Shown here: one piece after another, positions 35,257 to 44,950 of the stretch
Numbering within the stretch: position 1 is the first letter of the stretch
Layout: each line of letters begins with the position of its first letter
From: Gemmatimonadales bacterium
GTDB taxonomy: Bacteria > Gemmatimonadota > Gemmatimonadetes > Gemmatimonadales > GWC2-71-9
DNA: 58,470 nt
Direction of reading: 5' to 3'
Assembly (NCBI GenBank): GCA_041613315.1
Contig: JBFJHJ010000019.1
Span: 1-58,470, forward strand
The notes under the pieces: generated by a model
Databases searched by the model: none
Told to the model about the DNA's origin: nothing
The model's input: the letters and a program-made list of their open reading frames with translations, nothing else
Program-made: the position numbers and the translations under genes

Positions 35257-36417
35257 ATGCGACGCCTGATGGTGATACTCGTGGCCGGATTCGTCGTGGC
35301 CGCATGCCGGGAGTCCACGGCGCCCGGCATCGCCCGGCCCGAGAATCTCACGTACGACCTCCAGCCCAGCGGCGACCCGGCAGAGCCGGCGGGCATCCTG
35401 CTCCGCTGGGATGCGGTGACCGACCCCGGGCTCGAGGTATACCGCGTGTTCTCGCGCCCGGGGCAATCGGGCGCCTTTGGCCTGCGCGCATCCACGACGT
35501 CGACCACGTTCCACGATCGTGGCCGGCCGGATCTCGAGTATTTCGTGGTTGCGGTGAACAGCGACGGTCGGGAGAGCGCGGAGAGTGACCATGTGATCGT
35601 GGACGAGCGGCTCCGGCTTCAGGCGCCAAACTCGCTCAGCAGCATCACGCTCAGCCGCGCGATCCACCTCTTGTGGTCGGACAACCCCTATACGGCGGCG
35701 CCGAACGGCTTCAAGCAGTACCGCGTATACAGCACCGGATTCTCCCTCGACGACGGGCTGTGCGACCCCGCGTGGCGGCTCGAGGGGACGACGGTGGCGC
35801 CCGAGTTCCTGGTGGGCGCGATCACCAACGGCGTGCCGCTCTGCTTCGGCGTCTCCGCCGAGAGCATCGAGGGGTTCGAGAGCCTGTGGTCGCCGCTCCG
35901 GGCCGACACGCCGCGCCCGGATGCCCGCAACATCGTGATGGCGGCGGATCAGTTTGATCCGAGCATGAGCGGATTCCGGTTCTGGCTCGACGCCAACGGC
36001 GACGGCGCAGCCGGGGCGTCCGAGCTGGGGCTGGTGCGCAGCGGCGCGCTCGCGAACAACGACTTCGTCGTGAGCCGGGATGTGAACGGCAACTTCTTCT
36101 TCGTCCCGCTCCGGGCCAACACCACGGTGGCATTGTATGGCACCCAGCCCATCGCGGATCTCACATCCATCGACGTGGCGCCGGTGTCCGGCTACAGTCG
36201 CGTGGCGATCCAGGCGCTGCCCCGCTTCGGCTACGTCTTCCAGATGGATGGGGGCGACGGGTTCGCGCGCTTCGGCGGCATTCGGGTCACGCACGTCGGT
36301 CGCGACTTCGTCATCTTCGACTGGAGCTATCAGACCGATCCGGGCAATCCGGAGCTGTCGGTCGGGGCCGGGATTTTCACGGCCGGCAACGGAGGCCTGA
36401 CGGTCGTGCGTCAGTGA
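35257..36417 (+). CDS. Lipoprotein with two fibronectin type III-like domains, function unknown
   Basis: GAGGAG RBS; lipobox VAAC; LRWD...YRVF...YFVVAVNSDGRES and LLWSD...YRVY...GVSAESIEGFES FN3-like patterns. Confidence 0.7.
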   Translation: MRRLMVILVAGFVVAACRESTAPGIARPENLTYDLQPSGDPAEPAGILLRWDAVTDPGLEVYRVFSRPGQSGAFGLRASTTSTTFHDRGRPDLEYFVVAVNSDGRESAESDHVIVDERLRLQAPNSLSSITLSRAIHLLWSDNPYTAAPNGFKQYRVYSTGFSLDDGLCDPAWRLEGTTVAPEFLVGAITNGVPLCFGVSAESIEGFESLWSPLRADTPRPDARNIVMAADQFDPSMSGFRFWLDANGDGAAGASELGLVRSGALANNDFVVSRDVNGNFFFVPLRANTTVALYGTQPIADLTSIDVAPVSGYSRVAIQALPRFGYVFQMDGGDGFARFGGIRVTHVGRDFVIFDWSYQTDPGNPELSVGAGIFTAGNGGLTVVRQ

Positions 36418-36428
36418 CACCGGCGTGC

Positions 36429-36552
36429 GGGGTGAGCGGTGAGCTGATCAGCTAAAGGGTGCACCGCCCGGCGGCCGGCCAGGTCCGGGCGAGCCCGCCG
36501 CTGGGCGGAACGTGGCAGGGCACACGACCCGCCGCCGCTCACTGCTCACCCC
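36429..36552. repeat. Inverted heptamer tandem-repeat element (GGTGAGC / GCTCACC)
   Basis: GGGGTGAGCGGTGAGC (36429-44) and GCTCACTGCTCACCCC (36537-52) are 15/16 complementary; inner stem CCGCCCGGCGGC / GCCGCTGGGCGG. Confidence 0.65.
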
Positions 36553-36593
36553 CCGGAGTGAACCCCGCCGCCCTCCGGCGTATATTCCCTCCC

Positions 36594-38093
36594 GTGCCGA
36601 CTCCGATCGTGCTCACGGGGGACACCCTCACCCTCGACGGCGTCAGACACGTGGCCCGCGATGGCGCCCGCGTCGAGATCGACCCGGCGGCCGCGGACCG
36701 CGCCGACCGCTCCCGCGCGGCCGTCGAGCGAATGATGGTCTCCGGCGAACCGGTCTACGGGGTCAACACCGGGTTCGGAAAGCTCGCGAGCGTGCGCGTT
36801 GCCCCCGACCGGCTCGTCCAGCTCCAGCGCAATCTCATTCGCTCGCACGTGGCCGGCGTGGGTGACCCGCTTCCCACCGATGTCGTTCGCGGCCTGATGC
36901 TGCTCCGCGGGAACGTGCTGCTCAAGACGACGAGCGGCGTCCGGGCCGAGCTCGCCCGGCGGCTCGCTGCCATGCTGAATGCGCGCATCCATCCGATCGT
37001 GCCAGAGCAGGGCAGCGTGGGGGCGAGCGGCGACTTGGCACCGCTCGCCCACGTCGCACACGCCATGATGGGCGAGGGCGACGTCGAGGTGGCGGGGGAG
37101 GTCCGGTCCGCTGGCGACGCGCTCCGCACGGCGGGGATCGAGCCGCTCGATTTCCTCGCCAAAGAAGGCCTCGCGTTCATCAACGGGACCCAAGCGCAGG
37201 CCGCGATACTCGCCCTCCTGGTCCACGATGCCCGGGCGTTGTGGCGCGTCGCGCACGCGGCGGCGGCGATGAGTCTCGAAGCACTGTTGGGGACGCCGGT
37301 CCCGTTCGACGAACGGATTCATCGCGAGCGTCCCCACCCCGGGCAGGCGCGCTCCGCCGCCCTCATGCGCGAGCTACTCGCCGACAGCGAGATTCGCGAG
37401 TCACACCGCGCGGACGACCCGCGGGTCCAGGACGCCTACAGCCTCCGGTGCGCGCCGCAGATCCTGGGGTCGGTGGCCGACGCGCTCGACTTCGCGCAGC
37501 GTATCGTCGAGATCGAGCTCAACGCGGCGACCGACAACCCGCTCGTCTTCGGCGCGGAGGTGCTCTCGGGCGGCAACTTTCATGGCCAGCCGGTGGCGCT
37601 GGCGTTGGACGTCCTGGCGATCGCGCTGACCACGCTCATCAATGTGGCGGAGCGCCGCATCGATCGTCTCGTGAACCCGGATCTCTCCCAGGGGCTGCCG
37701 CCGTTTCTCGTCGAGGACGCGGGATTCCATTCCGGCTTCATGATGGCGCAGATCTCGGCCGCCGGTGTCGCGGCCGAGTCGCGCGTCCTGGCGTCGCCCG
37801 CCAGTGTCCAGTCCATCCCCACCGATGCCGGCCAGGAAGACGTGGTGCCGATGGGGATGGCGGGCGCGTTCAAGGCCCGACGCATCCTCGCGAACGCCCA
37901 GCGCGTCGTGGCCTGGGAACTCCTCTGTGCGGCGCAGGGGCTCGAGTTCCGCAAACCGCTCGCCCCCGGTCGCGGGGTCGCTCGGGTGTACGAGCGGGTG
38001 CGGGCGCTCGTGCCGCGGCTCGAGGAGGATCGGCCGCTCACGCCCGACCTCGAACGGCTCCGCGGCGCCTTGGCGCGAGAGGAGTTGCTATGA
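36594..38093 (+). CDS. hutH: Histidine ammonia-lyase
   Basis: [21 protein letters not shown] (MIO), [24 protein letters not shown]. Confidence 0.96.
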   Translation: MPTPIVLTGDTLTLDGVRHVARDGARVEIDPAAADRADRSRAAVERMMVSGEPVYGVNTGFGKLASVRVAPDRLVQLQRNLIRSHVAGVGDPLPTDVVRGLMLLRGNVLLKTTSGVRAELARRLAAMLNARIHPIVPEQGSVGASGDLAPLAHVAHAMMGEGDVEVAGEVRSAGDALRTAGIEPLDFLAKEGLAFINGTQAQAAILALLVHDARALWRVAHAAAAMSLEALLGTPVPFDERIHRERPHPGQARSAALMRELLADSEIRESHRADDPRVQDAYSLRCAPQILGSVADALDFAQRIVEIELNAATDNPLVFGAEVLSGGNFHGQPVALALDVLAIALTTLINVAERRIDRLVNPDLSQGLPPFLVEDAGFHSGFMMAQISAAGVAAESRVLASPASVQSIPTDAGQEDVVPMGMAGAFKARRILANAQRVVAWELLCAAQGLEFRKPLAPGRGVARVYERVRALVPRLEEDRPLTPDLERLRGALAREELL

Positions 38094-39760
38094 CGACCAC
38101 ACAGGCGCGGCCGGTGCGCGCCCCGCGCGGTTCGACGATCTCGTGCCGCGGGTGGGTGCAGGAGGCGGCCCTGCGCATGCTCATGAACAACCTCGACCCC
38201 GACGTTGCCGAGCGGCCCGCGGATCTGGTGGTGTACGGCGGCACGGGACGAGCCGCCCGTAGTTGGGACGCCTTCGACGCGATCTGCCGCACGCTGCGGA
38301 CCCTGGCGGACGACGAGACGCTCCTCGTGCAGTCGGGCAAACCCGTGGGCGTGTTCCGCACCCATGGGGATGCGCCGCGCGTCCTGATCGCGAACGCCAA
38401 CCTGGTGGGCCGCTGGGCGACGTGGGAGCGCTTCCGCGAGCTCGAGCGGGCCGGTCTCACGATGTACGGCCAGATGACGGCCGGGAGCTGGATCTACATC
38501 GGCACGCAGGGGATCCTGCAGGGCACCTACGAGACCTTCGGCGCCGTGGGCGCACGCCATTTCGACGGCTCCCTGGCCGGTCGCCTGGTGCTCACCGGCG
38601 GGCTTGGCGGGATGGGCGGAGCGCAGCCCCTCGCGGCCACGATGAACGGCGCGGCGTGCCTCTGCATCGAAGTGGATCCCGCTCGGATCCGGCGGCGGCT
38701 GGACACCCGCTATCTCGACGTCACGGCCGTCTCGCTCGACGACGCCTGGCGGCGCGTGTGCGAGGCGCGCACCAAGCGCGAGCCACTCTCCGTCGGGCTC
38801 CTCGGCAACTGTGCGGACGTGCTGCCGGAGATCGTGCGCCGCGGCTGGGTGCCCGACGTGCTCACCGACCAGACGTCCGCGCATGATCCGTTGAACGGCT
38901 ACATCCCCTCGGGCCTCAGTGTGGAGGAGGCGGCCGCCCTGCGGCGCGCCTCGCCGGACGAGTATGTCGCGCGGGCGCGCGCCTCCATCGCGCGCCATGT
39001 GGAGGCCATGCTGGCGCTCCGGCGGCGGGGCGCGGTGACCTTCGACTATGGCAACAACATTCGCACCGAGGCGCGGGACGCCGGGGTGGACGACGCGTTC
39101 GAGATCCCCGGCTTCGTCCCCGAGTACATCCGTCCGCTGTTCTGTGAGGGCAAAGGGCCCTTCCGGTGGGTCGCGCTCTCCGGCGCGCCGGAGGATCTCT
39201 TCCGCACCGATCAGCTGGTGCGCGAGCTGTTCCCCGAGGACGAGCACCTCGCCCGATGGATCCGGCTGGCGCGCGAGCGGGTCGCGTTTCAGGGGCTGCC
39301 CGCGCGGATCTGCTGGCTGGGGATGGGCGAGCGCGCGCGCTTCGGCGGCGCGCTCAACGACTTGGTGCGGACCGGCGCGCTCTCCGCTCCCATCGTGATC
39401 GGCCGCGATCACCTCGACACCGGCTCGGTGGCGTCGCCGTTTCGGGAGACCGAGGGCATGCGGGACGGCTCCGATGCCATCGCCGACTGGCCGATCCTCA
39501 ATGCGCTCCTCAATACGGCGTCCGGGGCCTCGTGGGTCTCGTTTCACCACGGCGGCGGCGTCGGGATCGGGAACAGCCTGCACGCGGGGCAGGTGATCGT
39601 GGCGGACGGCACGGCGGCCGCGGCCCGCCGCCTGGAGCGCGTGCTCACCAATGATCCGGGGATCGGTGTCGTGCGCCACGCGGACGCCGGGTACCCCGAG
39701 GCCGTCGCGACGGCGCGGGCGCATGGACTCCCGCTGCCCATGCGTGGAGCGGACGACTGA
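38090..39760 (+). CDS. hutU: Urocanate hydratase
   Basis: [47 protein letters not shown]. Confidence 0.97.
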   Translation: MTTTQARPVRAPRGSTISCRGWVQEAALRMLMNNLDPDVAERPADLVVYGGTGRAARSWDAFDAICRTLRTLADDETLLVQSGKPVGVFRTHGDAPRVLIANANLVGRWATWERFRELERAGLTMYGQMTAGSWIYIGTQGILQGTYETFGAVGARHFDGSLAGRLVLTGGLGGMGGAQPLAATMNGAACLCIEVDPARIRRRLDTRYLDVTAVSLDDAWRRVCEARTKREPLSVGLLGNCADVLPEIVRRGWVPDVLTDQTSAHDPLNGYIPSGLSVEEAAALRRASPDEYVARARASIARHVEAMLALRRRGAVTFDYGNNIRTEARDAGVDDAFEIPGFVPEYIRPLFCEGKGPFRWVALSGAPEDLFRTDQLVRELFPEDEHLARWIRLARERVAFQGLPARICWLGMGERARFGGALNDLVRTGALSAPIVIGRDHLDTGSVASPFRETEGMRDGSDAIADWPILNALLNTASGASWVSFHHGGGVGIGNSLHAGQVIVADGTAAAARRLERVLTNDPGIGVVRHADAGYPEAVATARAHGLPLPMRGADD

Positions 39761-41019
39761 GCACACTGCTGGTCGGCGCCACCCAGGTCGTCACCTGCCG
39801 CGGCCCGGCCCGCGCGCGGCGCGGAACCGAGATGGCGGCGCTGGAAGTCCTCGAGGGCGCCGCGGTGTTGATCGGCGACGACGGGCGGATCGCCGGCGTG
39901 GGGCCGCTCGCCCGCCTGCGGGAGGCCGCGCCCGATGCGGCGGTGACGGAGGTGGACGGCGTCCTGTTTCCCGGTTTCGTCGACGCGCACACCCACGGCG
40001 TGTTCGGCATGGCGCGTACGGCGGACCACGAGCGGCGAGCGCGGGGCGAGGACTACAAGGCGATCGCCGCCGCCGGCGGCGGCATCCTCTCGTCGGTCCG
40101 CGACGTGCGGGAGCGGACGGCGGACGAGCTCGCCGACCTCACCCGGCGGCGCCTGCGCGCGCTGCTGGAGCTCGGCACCACCACCGTCGAAGTGAAGTCC
40201 GGGTACGGGCTCTCCACCGAAGCCGAGCTCAAGCAGCTCGACGTCATCGGCCGCATGGCCGACGCCGGCCCGGCCGTGATCCCCACCTTCCTGGGAGCGC
40301 ACGAAGTGCCGCCGGAGTTTCGCGATCGCGCCGACCAGTACGTCGAGCTCGTGATCAGCGAGATGCTGCCCGCGGTCCGGCGCCAGGGCATCGCGCGCTA
40401 CTGCGACGTGTTCTGCGAGCCCGGGGTCTTCAGCGTGCCGCAGGCGCGCCGGGTCTTGGAGGCCGCGCGGCAATGCGGGCTGGGGCTCAAGCTGCACGCC
40501 GACGAGCTCGATCCCTCTGGTGGGGCCGAGCTGGCGGCGGAGCTGCAGGCCGTGAGCGCGGACCATTTGGCGGCCATCTCGGACCGGGGCGTGGCGGCGC
40601 TCTCGGCCGGGAACACCGTGGCGGTGTTGCTCCCGGGCACGATGCTCTTCCTGGGTCGGCGCCAGCAGGCGCCGGGGCGCCGCCTCGTGGATGCCGGCGC
40701 CGCGGTGGCGCTGGCGACCGACTTCAATCCGGGAAGCTCGCCCGGCATGAGCCTGCCGCTGATGGGCATGCTGGGCGTCTCGCAATTGGGGCTCCTCCCG
40801 GCCGAGGCGGTGATCGCGATCACGGTGAACGGTGCGGCGGCCGTGGGGGCAGCCGATCGGGGCCAGATCGCGACCGGGTTCCGCGCCGATGTGGTACTGG
40901 CGGCGATCCGGGACTGGCGGGAGCTGGTGTATTGGTACGGGGGAAATCTCGTGAGCGGGGCGTGGGTGGGCGGCGTGGGTTGTCACATTCGGCGGGGGCC
41001 CGTAACTTTCCTCGTTTGA
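39757..41019 (+). CDS. hutI: Imidazolonepropionase
   Basis: [44 protein letters not shown]; probable CTG start overlapping the hutU stop (first ATG is 39832). Confidence 0.93.
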   Translation: MSTLLVGATQVVTCRGPARARRGTEMAALEVLEGAAVLIGDDGRIAGVGPLARLREAAPDAAVTEVDGVLFPGFVDAHTHGVFGMARTADHERRARGEDYKAIAAAGGGILSSVRDVRERTADELADLTRRRLRALLELGTTTVEVKSGYGLSTEAELKQLDVIGRMADAGPAVIPTFLGAHEVPPEFRDRADQYVELVISEMLPAVRRQGIARYCDVFCEPGVFSVPQARRVLEAARQCGLGLKLHADELDPSGGAELAAELQAVSADHLAAISDRGVAALSAGNTVAVLLPGTMLFLGRRQQAPGRRLVDAGAAVALATDFNPGSSPGMSLPLMGMLGVSQLGLLPAEAVIAITVNGAAAVGAADRGQIATGFRADVVLAAIRDWRELVYWYGGNLVSGAWVGGVGCHIRRGPVTFLV

Positions 41020-41067
41020 CGGGTTTCCCCAATTCGCTGAGGCATCCAAAGCCGGCCGAGGTTTGCC

Positions 41068-43401
41068 CTGAATACCGAGAAGGCCAAGGAAAAAGCCCGC
41101 AAGTTCGAGCTCAAAGAACAGTTCGACAGAGCCATCGAGCTCTACAACAAGATCATCGATGAGCTCGAAGGCACGCCGGAACTGGACAGTGAGCTCGCGC
41201 TCTTCAACAAGGTCGGGGACCTCTACCTCAAGGTGGGGAACGTGTCCTCGGCCGTGGAGCTGTACGAGCGTGCGGCCAACCGATATGCCGAATCGGGGCT
41301 CGCCAACAACGCGATCGCCCTCTGTAACAAGATCCTCCGGAATGCGCCCGGGCGCACCCAGGTCTATCTCAAGCTGGCCAAGCTGATGGTCGAGCGGGGC
41401 TTCGTCGCCGAGGCGAAGCAGAACCTCTTGGAGTACGCCGACCGGATGCAGCGCACCGGCCGGCTCGACGAAGCCTTCCTGGCCCTCAGGGATTTCGCGG
41501 ACCTCTCGCCGGACAACGACGAGATCCGGCTGGTGCTCGCGGAACAACTGAAAGCGGCCGCGCGCACCGATGAGGCCCGCGACCAGCTCTCCAAGCTGTA
41601 TGGCGAGTTGCAGGCGGCCGGGGACACGGGCAAACGGCGGGCGACGGTCGAGAAGATGCGGGAGATCGATCCCGAGTATGACGTCGAGGCGGCGCCGCCG
41701 CGCCGGCCGTCCAGTGCTGGGGGGAAGACCACGGAGTTGGTCTTTCTCGACCTGGACGAGTCGGGGCAAACCGCCGAGGCGCCCCCGCCGCCCCGCGCAC
41801 GCCCGCGTCGGCCGCCGGTCGAGGAGCCCGAGGACGACGCGCTCACGATCGAGACGAGCGCGCTCGCCGAGCCCGACGAAGACGCCGCGAAGGGCACCGA
41901 GGACGCGCTTGACACGCTCGAGGTCGACCGCTCGTCGGCGGAGTTCGCACCGCCCGACGACCTCGAGACGCAGGAGATCGAGGGCCTCAACGCAGGGGCG
42001 GCGTTCGATGTGGGCGGCGACATGCTGGAGCTCGAGCCGAACGTGCTGGATCTGGAGATCACGCACGGCGGCGCCTCCCTGGACCTGGAAGGGGACGCGG
42101 GCGCTGCGAGCCTGACGCCGAGCGACGAGCTCGAGGTGGTCCACGGTGGGCCGGACGCCAGCCAGGAGTTGGCGGGGCTCGGCGAGGACGACGGCGGGGC
42201 GATCGAGGTGCCCGATCTCGACCTGGCCGCGGAGCTCGAGGATGAGGAAGAGGAACGAGCGCCGCCGCCGCGGGAACGGCGTCCCGCGCGACCCGCCGAC
42301 TTTCCGGGTCCCGAGATGATCGGGGAGCTGCCGCCCAGCCCGCCGGACGTGGCAACGCTCGAGGTCCAGGTCGCCGACGACCCCGATAATCCGGATCTGC
42401 ATCGCAGCCTCGGCGAGGCCCTGATTGAGCACGGCGACCGCACGAGGGGGCTTGAGGAGCTGGACATTGCCCTCAACGCGTTCGAAAGCAGGGAAGACTG
42501 GTCGCGGGCCGAGAGCATGGCGGAGGAAATCCTTCGCCTTGATCCCAATAGCATCCGTCATCATCAGAAACGGGTTGAGTACGCGTTTCGGAAGGGCGCC
42601 AAAGGCCGGCTGATCGACGCGTACCTCGGGCTCGCGGACGCCTTGTTCCGCAGTGGAGCCGTCGATCGCTCCCGGGCCGTCTACGAGCGCGTGCTCGAAC
42701 ACGATCCCGGCAACGAGCAGGCGCGGATCGCCCTGGAGACGCTCGACGCGGCTCCGGCCGAGGCGCCCGCGCCCATGGCCGCACCGCCGCCGCGCACGGC
42801 CGCGGCCGCCCCGCCACCGAAAGCGCCCAAGCCGGAGCCAGCGGCGCCGGTGCGGCAGGAGTCGGGGGCCGGGTTTGTGGATCTGGGCGAGCTGATTCTG
42901 GAAGGCGAGCCCCGCGCGCGCGACACGCGCATGCGCATCGAGGAGGAGGAGCCGACCGGCGACGAGCAGCGAGACTTCGAGCTGATGCTGGCGAAGTTCA
43001 AGCGCGGCATCGAGGCCAATGTCGAAGACGAGGACTGGCAGGCGCATTACGATCTCGGCATCGCCTTCAAGGAAATGGGGCTGCTGGACGAGGCGATCTC
43101 GGAATTCCAGAAGGCGCTACGCTCCGTCGAGGGGCGCCTGAAGACCACGGAAGCGCTGGGCCGGTGTTTCTACGACAAGGGGCAGTTCTCGGTCGGCGGC
43201 ACCGTCTTGCGCCGAGCGATCGATTCGGACCGCGGAACGGACGAGCAGAAGATCGGGTTGCTCTACTGGCTGGGCCGCTGTGAGGAGGAGCAGGACCGCG
43301 GCTCGCAGGCGCTCGAATGTTACCAACGGGTGTTCGCGGTCGACATCTCCTTCGCCGACATCCGCAGCCGTGTGAAGAGCCTCGCCGGAGCGGCGAAGTA
43401 G
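41068..43401 (+). CDS. Large TPR protein with acidic central linker
   Basis: N-terminal TPRs, Asp/Glu-rich middle, C-terminal HYDLGIAFKEMGLLDEAISEFQKA TPRs; frame open from 41041 with CTG 41068 after GAGG (first GTG is 41233). Confidence 0.8.
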   Translation: MNTEKAKEKARKFELKEQFDRAIELYNKIIDELEGTPELDSELALFNKVGDLYLKVGNVSSAVELYERAANRYAESGLANNAIALCNKILRNAPGRTQVYLKLAKLMVERGFVAEAKQNLLEYADRMQRTGRLDEAFLALRDFADLSPDNDEIRLVLAEQLKAAARTDEARDQLSKLYGELQAAGDTGKRRATVEKMREIDPEYDVEAAPPRRPSSAGGKTTELVFLDLDESGQTAEAPPPPRARPRRPPVEEPEDDALTIETSALAEPDEDAAKGTEDALDTLEVDRSSAEFAPPDDLETQEIEGLNAGAAFDVGGDMLELEPNVLDLEITHGGASLDLEGDAGAASLTPSDELEVVHGGPDASQELAGLGEDDGGAIEVPDLDLAAELEDEEEERAPPPRERRPARPADFPGPEMIGELPPSPPDVATLEVQVADDPDNPDLHRSLGEALIEHGDRTRGLEELDIALNAFESREDWSRAESMAEEILRLDPNSIRHHQKRVEYAFRKGAKGRLIDAYLGLADALFRSGAVDRSRAVYERVLEHDPGNEQARIALETLDAAPAEAPAPMAAPPPRTAAAAPPPKAPKPEPAAPVRQESGAGFVDLGELILEGEPRARDTRMRIEEEEPTGDEQRDFELMLAKFKRGIEANVEDEDWQAHYDLGIAFKEMGLLDEAISEFQKALRSVEGRLKTTEALGRCFYDKGQFSVGGTVLRRAIDSDRGTDEQKIGLLYWLGRCEEEQDRGSQALECYQRVFAVDISFADIRSRVKSLAGAAK

Positions 43402-44391
43402 GTGGCGCCGCAGCTCACGCGCGTCGCGCTGGCCGCGATCCAGCAGCCGGTGCGCGGCGAGCTGGACGCGTGTTTCGACGCGGTGGGCCGGATCATCGCC
43501 ACCGACTTCCCCCACATCGCCGACGTCAACGCCCACTTGTTGCGCATCAAGGGCAAGATGCTGCGGCCCACCCTGGCCCTGCTCGCCGGACGCGCCACCG
43601 GGACGCTGACGCCGCGCACGGTCACCCTCGCCGCGGTCGTGGAGTTGATCCATCTGGCCACACTCATCCACGATGACTCCGTAGATCACTCGGTGCTGCG
43701 GCGCGGGCAGCCGACCGTCAATGCCCTGTTCAGCCACCAGGTGGCGGTGATCATGGGCGACTACCTGTACTCGCGGGCGATCATCGAGTTGGTCCGCATG
43801 GACGACCTGGAGCCCCTCCGAGTGCTGAGCCGGGTGACGAACGAGATGACGGTGGGCGAGATGCGCGAGCTCGAGGCGCATGACTCGCTCACGTTTGCCC
43901 CCGAGGACTACGATCAGCTGATCGACGCGAAGACGGCATCGCTCATGGCAGGCGCATGCGAAGTCGGCGGGCTGGAAGCGGCGCCGGCCCAGCGCGCCGC
44001 CCTCCGGCGCTACGGCCGCGCCCTGGGCATGGCGTTCCAGATCACCGACGACCTGCTCGACTATACGAGCAGCGAAGACGTGACCGGCAAGCCGGCGGGC
44101 CTCGACTTGCGAGAGCACAAGATCACCCTGCCGCTCATCGCGGCCCTGCCGCTCATGGCGCCGGACGAGCGCCGAGTGGTGGAGGCCCTGATGGCCGATC
44201 CCGAGCCCGCGGACGACGCCATCGCCACGGTGGTGCGGATCGTCGAGGCCCGGGGAGGCATCGAGGCGGCGCGCGAACGGGCCCGGACGTTCGCCGACCA
44301 GGCGGAAGCCGAACTGGACGACCTCCCCGCGAGCCGTGCCCGCGACGCGCTGCGCGACGGCATCACCTATGCCATCGAGCGTCGGAGCTGA
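43402..44391 (+). CDS. Polyprenyl diphosphate synthase
   Basis: GKMLRP, HDDSVD...RRG, GDYL, KTASL, FQITDDLLD. Confidence 0.93.
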   Translation: MAPQLTRVALAAIQQPVRGELDACFDAVGRIIATDFPHIADVNAHLLRIKGKMLRPTLALLAGRATGTLTPRTVTLAAVVELIHLATLIHDDSVDHSVLRRGQPTVNALFSHQVAVIMGDYLYSRAIIELVRMDDLEPLRVLSRVTNEMTVGEMRELEAHDSLTFAPEDYDQLIDAKTASLMAGACEVGGLEAAPAQRAALRRYGRALGMAFQITDDLLDYTSSEDVTGKPAGLDLREHKITLPLIAALPLMAPDERRVVEALMADPEPADDAIATVVRIVEARGGIEAARERARTFADQAEAELDDLPASRARDALRDGITYAIERRS

Positions 44392-44393
44392 GC

Positions 44394-44666
44394 GTGGCCA
44401 TCGGACCCCGCCGTCCGCTCTTCTACCTCACCGTCCTGACGATCGGCTTCGTGCTGGGCGGCTTCCTATCGGCGCTGCTGCGCCGCTTCCTGCCGGCGGG
44501 ACCCGCCAAGGAGTTCTTTACCTGGACCGTCACCCCTTCCGTCGGGCCCCTACACCTGGATCTGATTATCTTTAGTGTGACGGTGGGGCCCTTGGCGGTG
44601 CAGGTGTCACTCTTGGGCATCGTGGGCATCGTTCTCGCGTACCTGCTCGCCCGATCACTCTTCTAA
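44394..44666 (+). CDS. Small membrane protein (DUF4321-like)
   Basis: Hydrophobic N- and C-terminal segments around GPLHLDLIIFSVTVG; GTG 3 nt after the upstream stop. Confidence 0.6.
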   Translation: MAIGPRRPLFYLTVLTIGFVLGGFLSALLRRFLPAGPAKEFFTWTVTPSVGPLHLDLIIFSVTVGPLAVQVSLLGIVGIVLAYLLARSLF

Positions 44667-44678
44667 GCGAGGGTGCCG

Positions 44679-44948
44679 ATGCCACTCATGGTGCTTCCGT
44701 TGATCGGCAATATCGGGATGCCAGAGCTCCTGGTCATCATGGCGGTCGTGCTGCTGGTTTTTGGGGCGAAGCGACTGCCGGAGATCGGAGCGTCGATGGG
44801 CAAGGGAATTCGGGAGTTCAAGAAGAGCATCCGGGATGTGCGGGAGAGCATTGAAGACAGCGATACCGAGACCACGGCACCCCCGCGCCAGATCGACCGC
44901 CCGGCGGCCCGGCCGACGGACGGGGATCCGAAGAAGCTGAGCGAGTAG
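44679..44948 (+). CDS. tatA: Twin-arginine translocase TatA/TatE subunit
   Basis: IGMPELLVI..VLLVFGAKRLPEIG.SMGKGIREFKK. Confidence 0.93.
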   Translation: MPLMVLPLIGNIGMPELLVIMAVVLLVFGAKRLPEIGASMGKGIREFKKSIRDVRESIEDSDTETTAPPRQIDRPAARPTDGDPKKLSE

Positions 44949-44950
44949 CC

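Noticed and set aside
37241..38089. Apparent long N-terminal extension of hutU (839-aa ORF)
   Set aside because: Overlaps hutH in another frame; the real start is ATG 38090 with an RBS and ATGA coupling.
39544..43047. 1167-aa minus-strand ORF
   Set aside because: Antisense to hutI and the TPR gene, which have clear motifs; shadow ORF.
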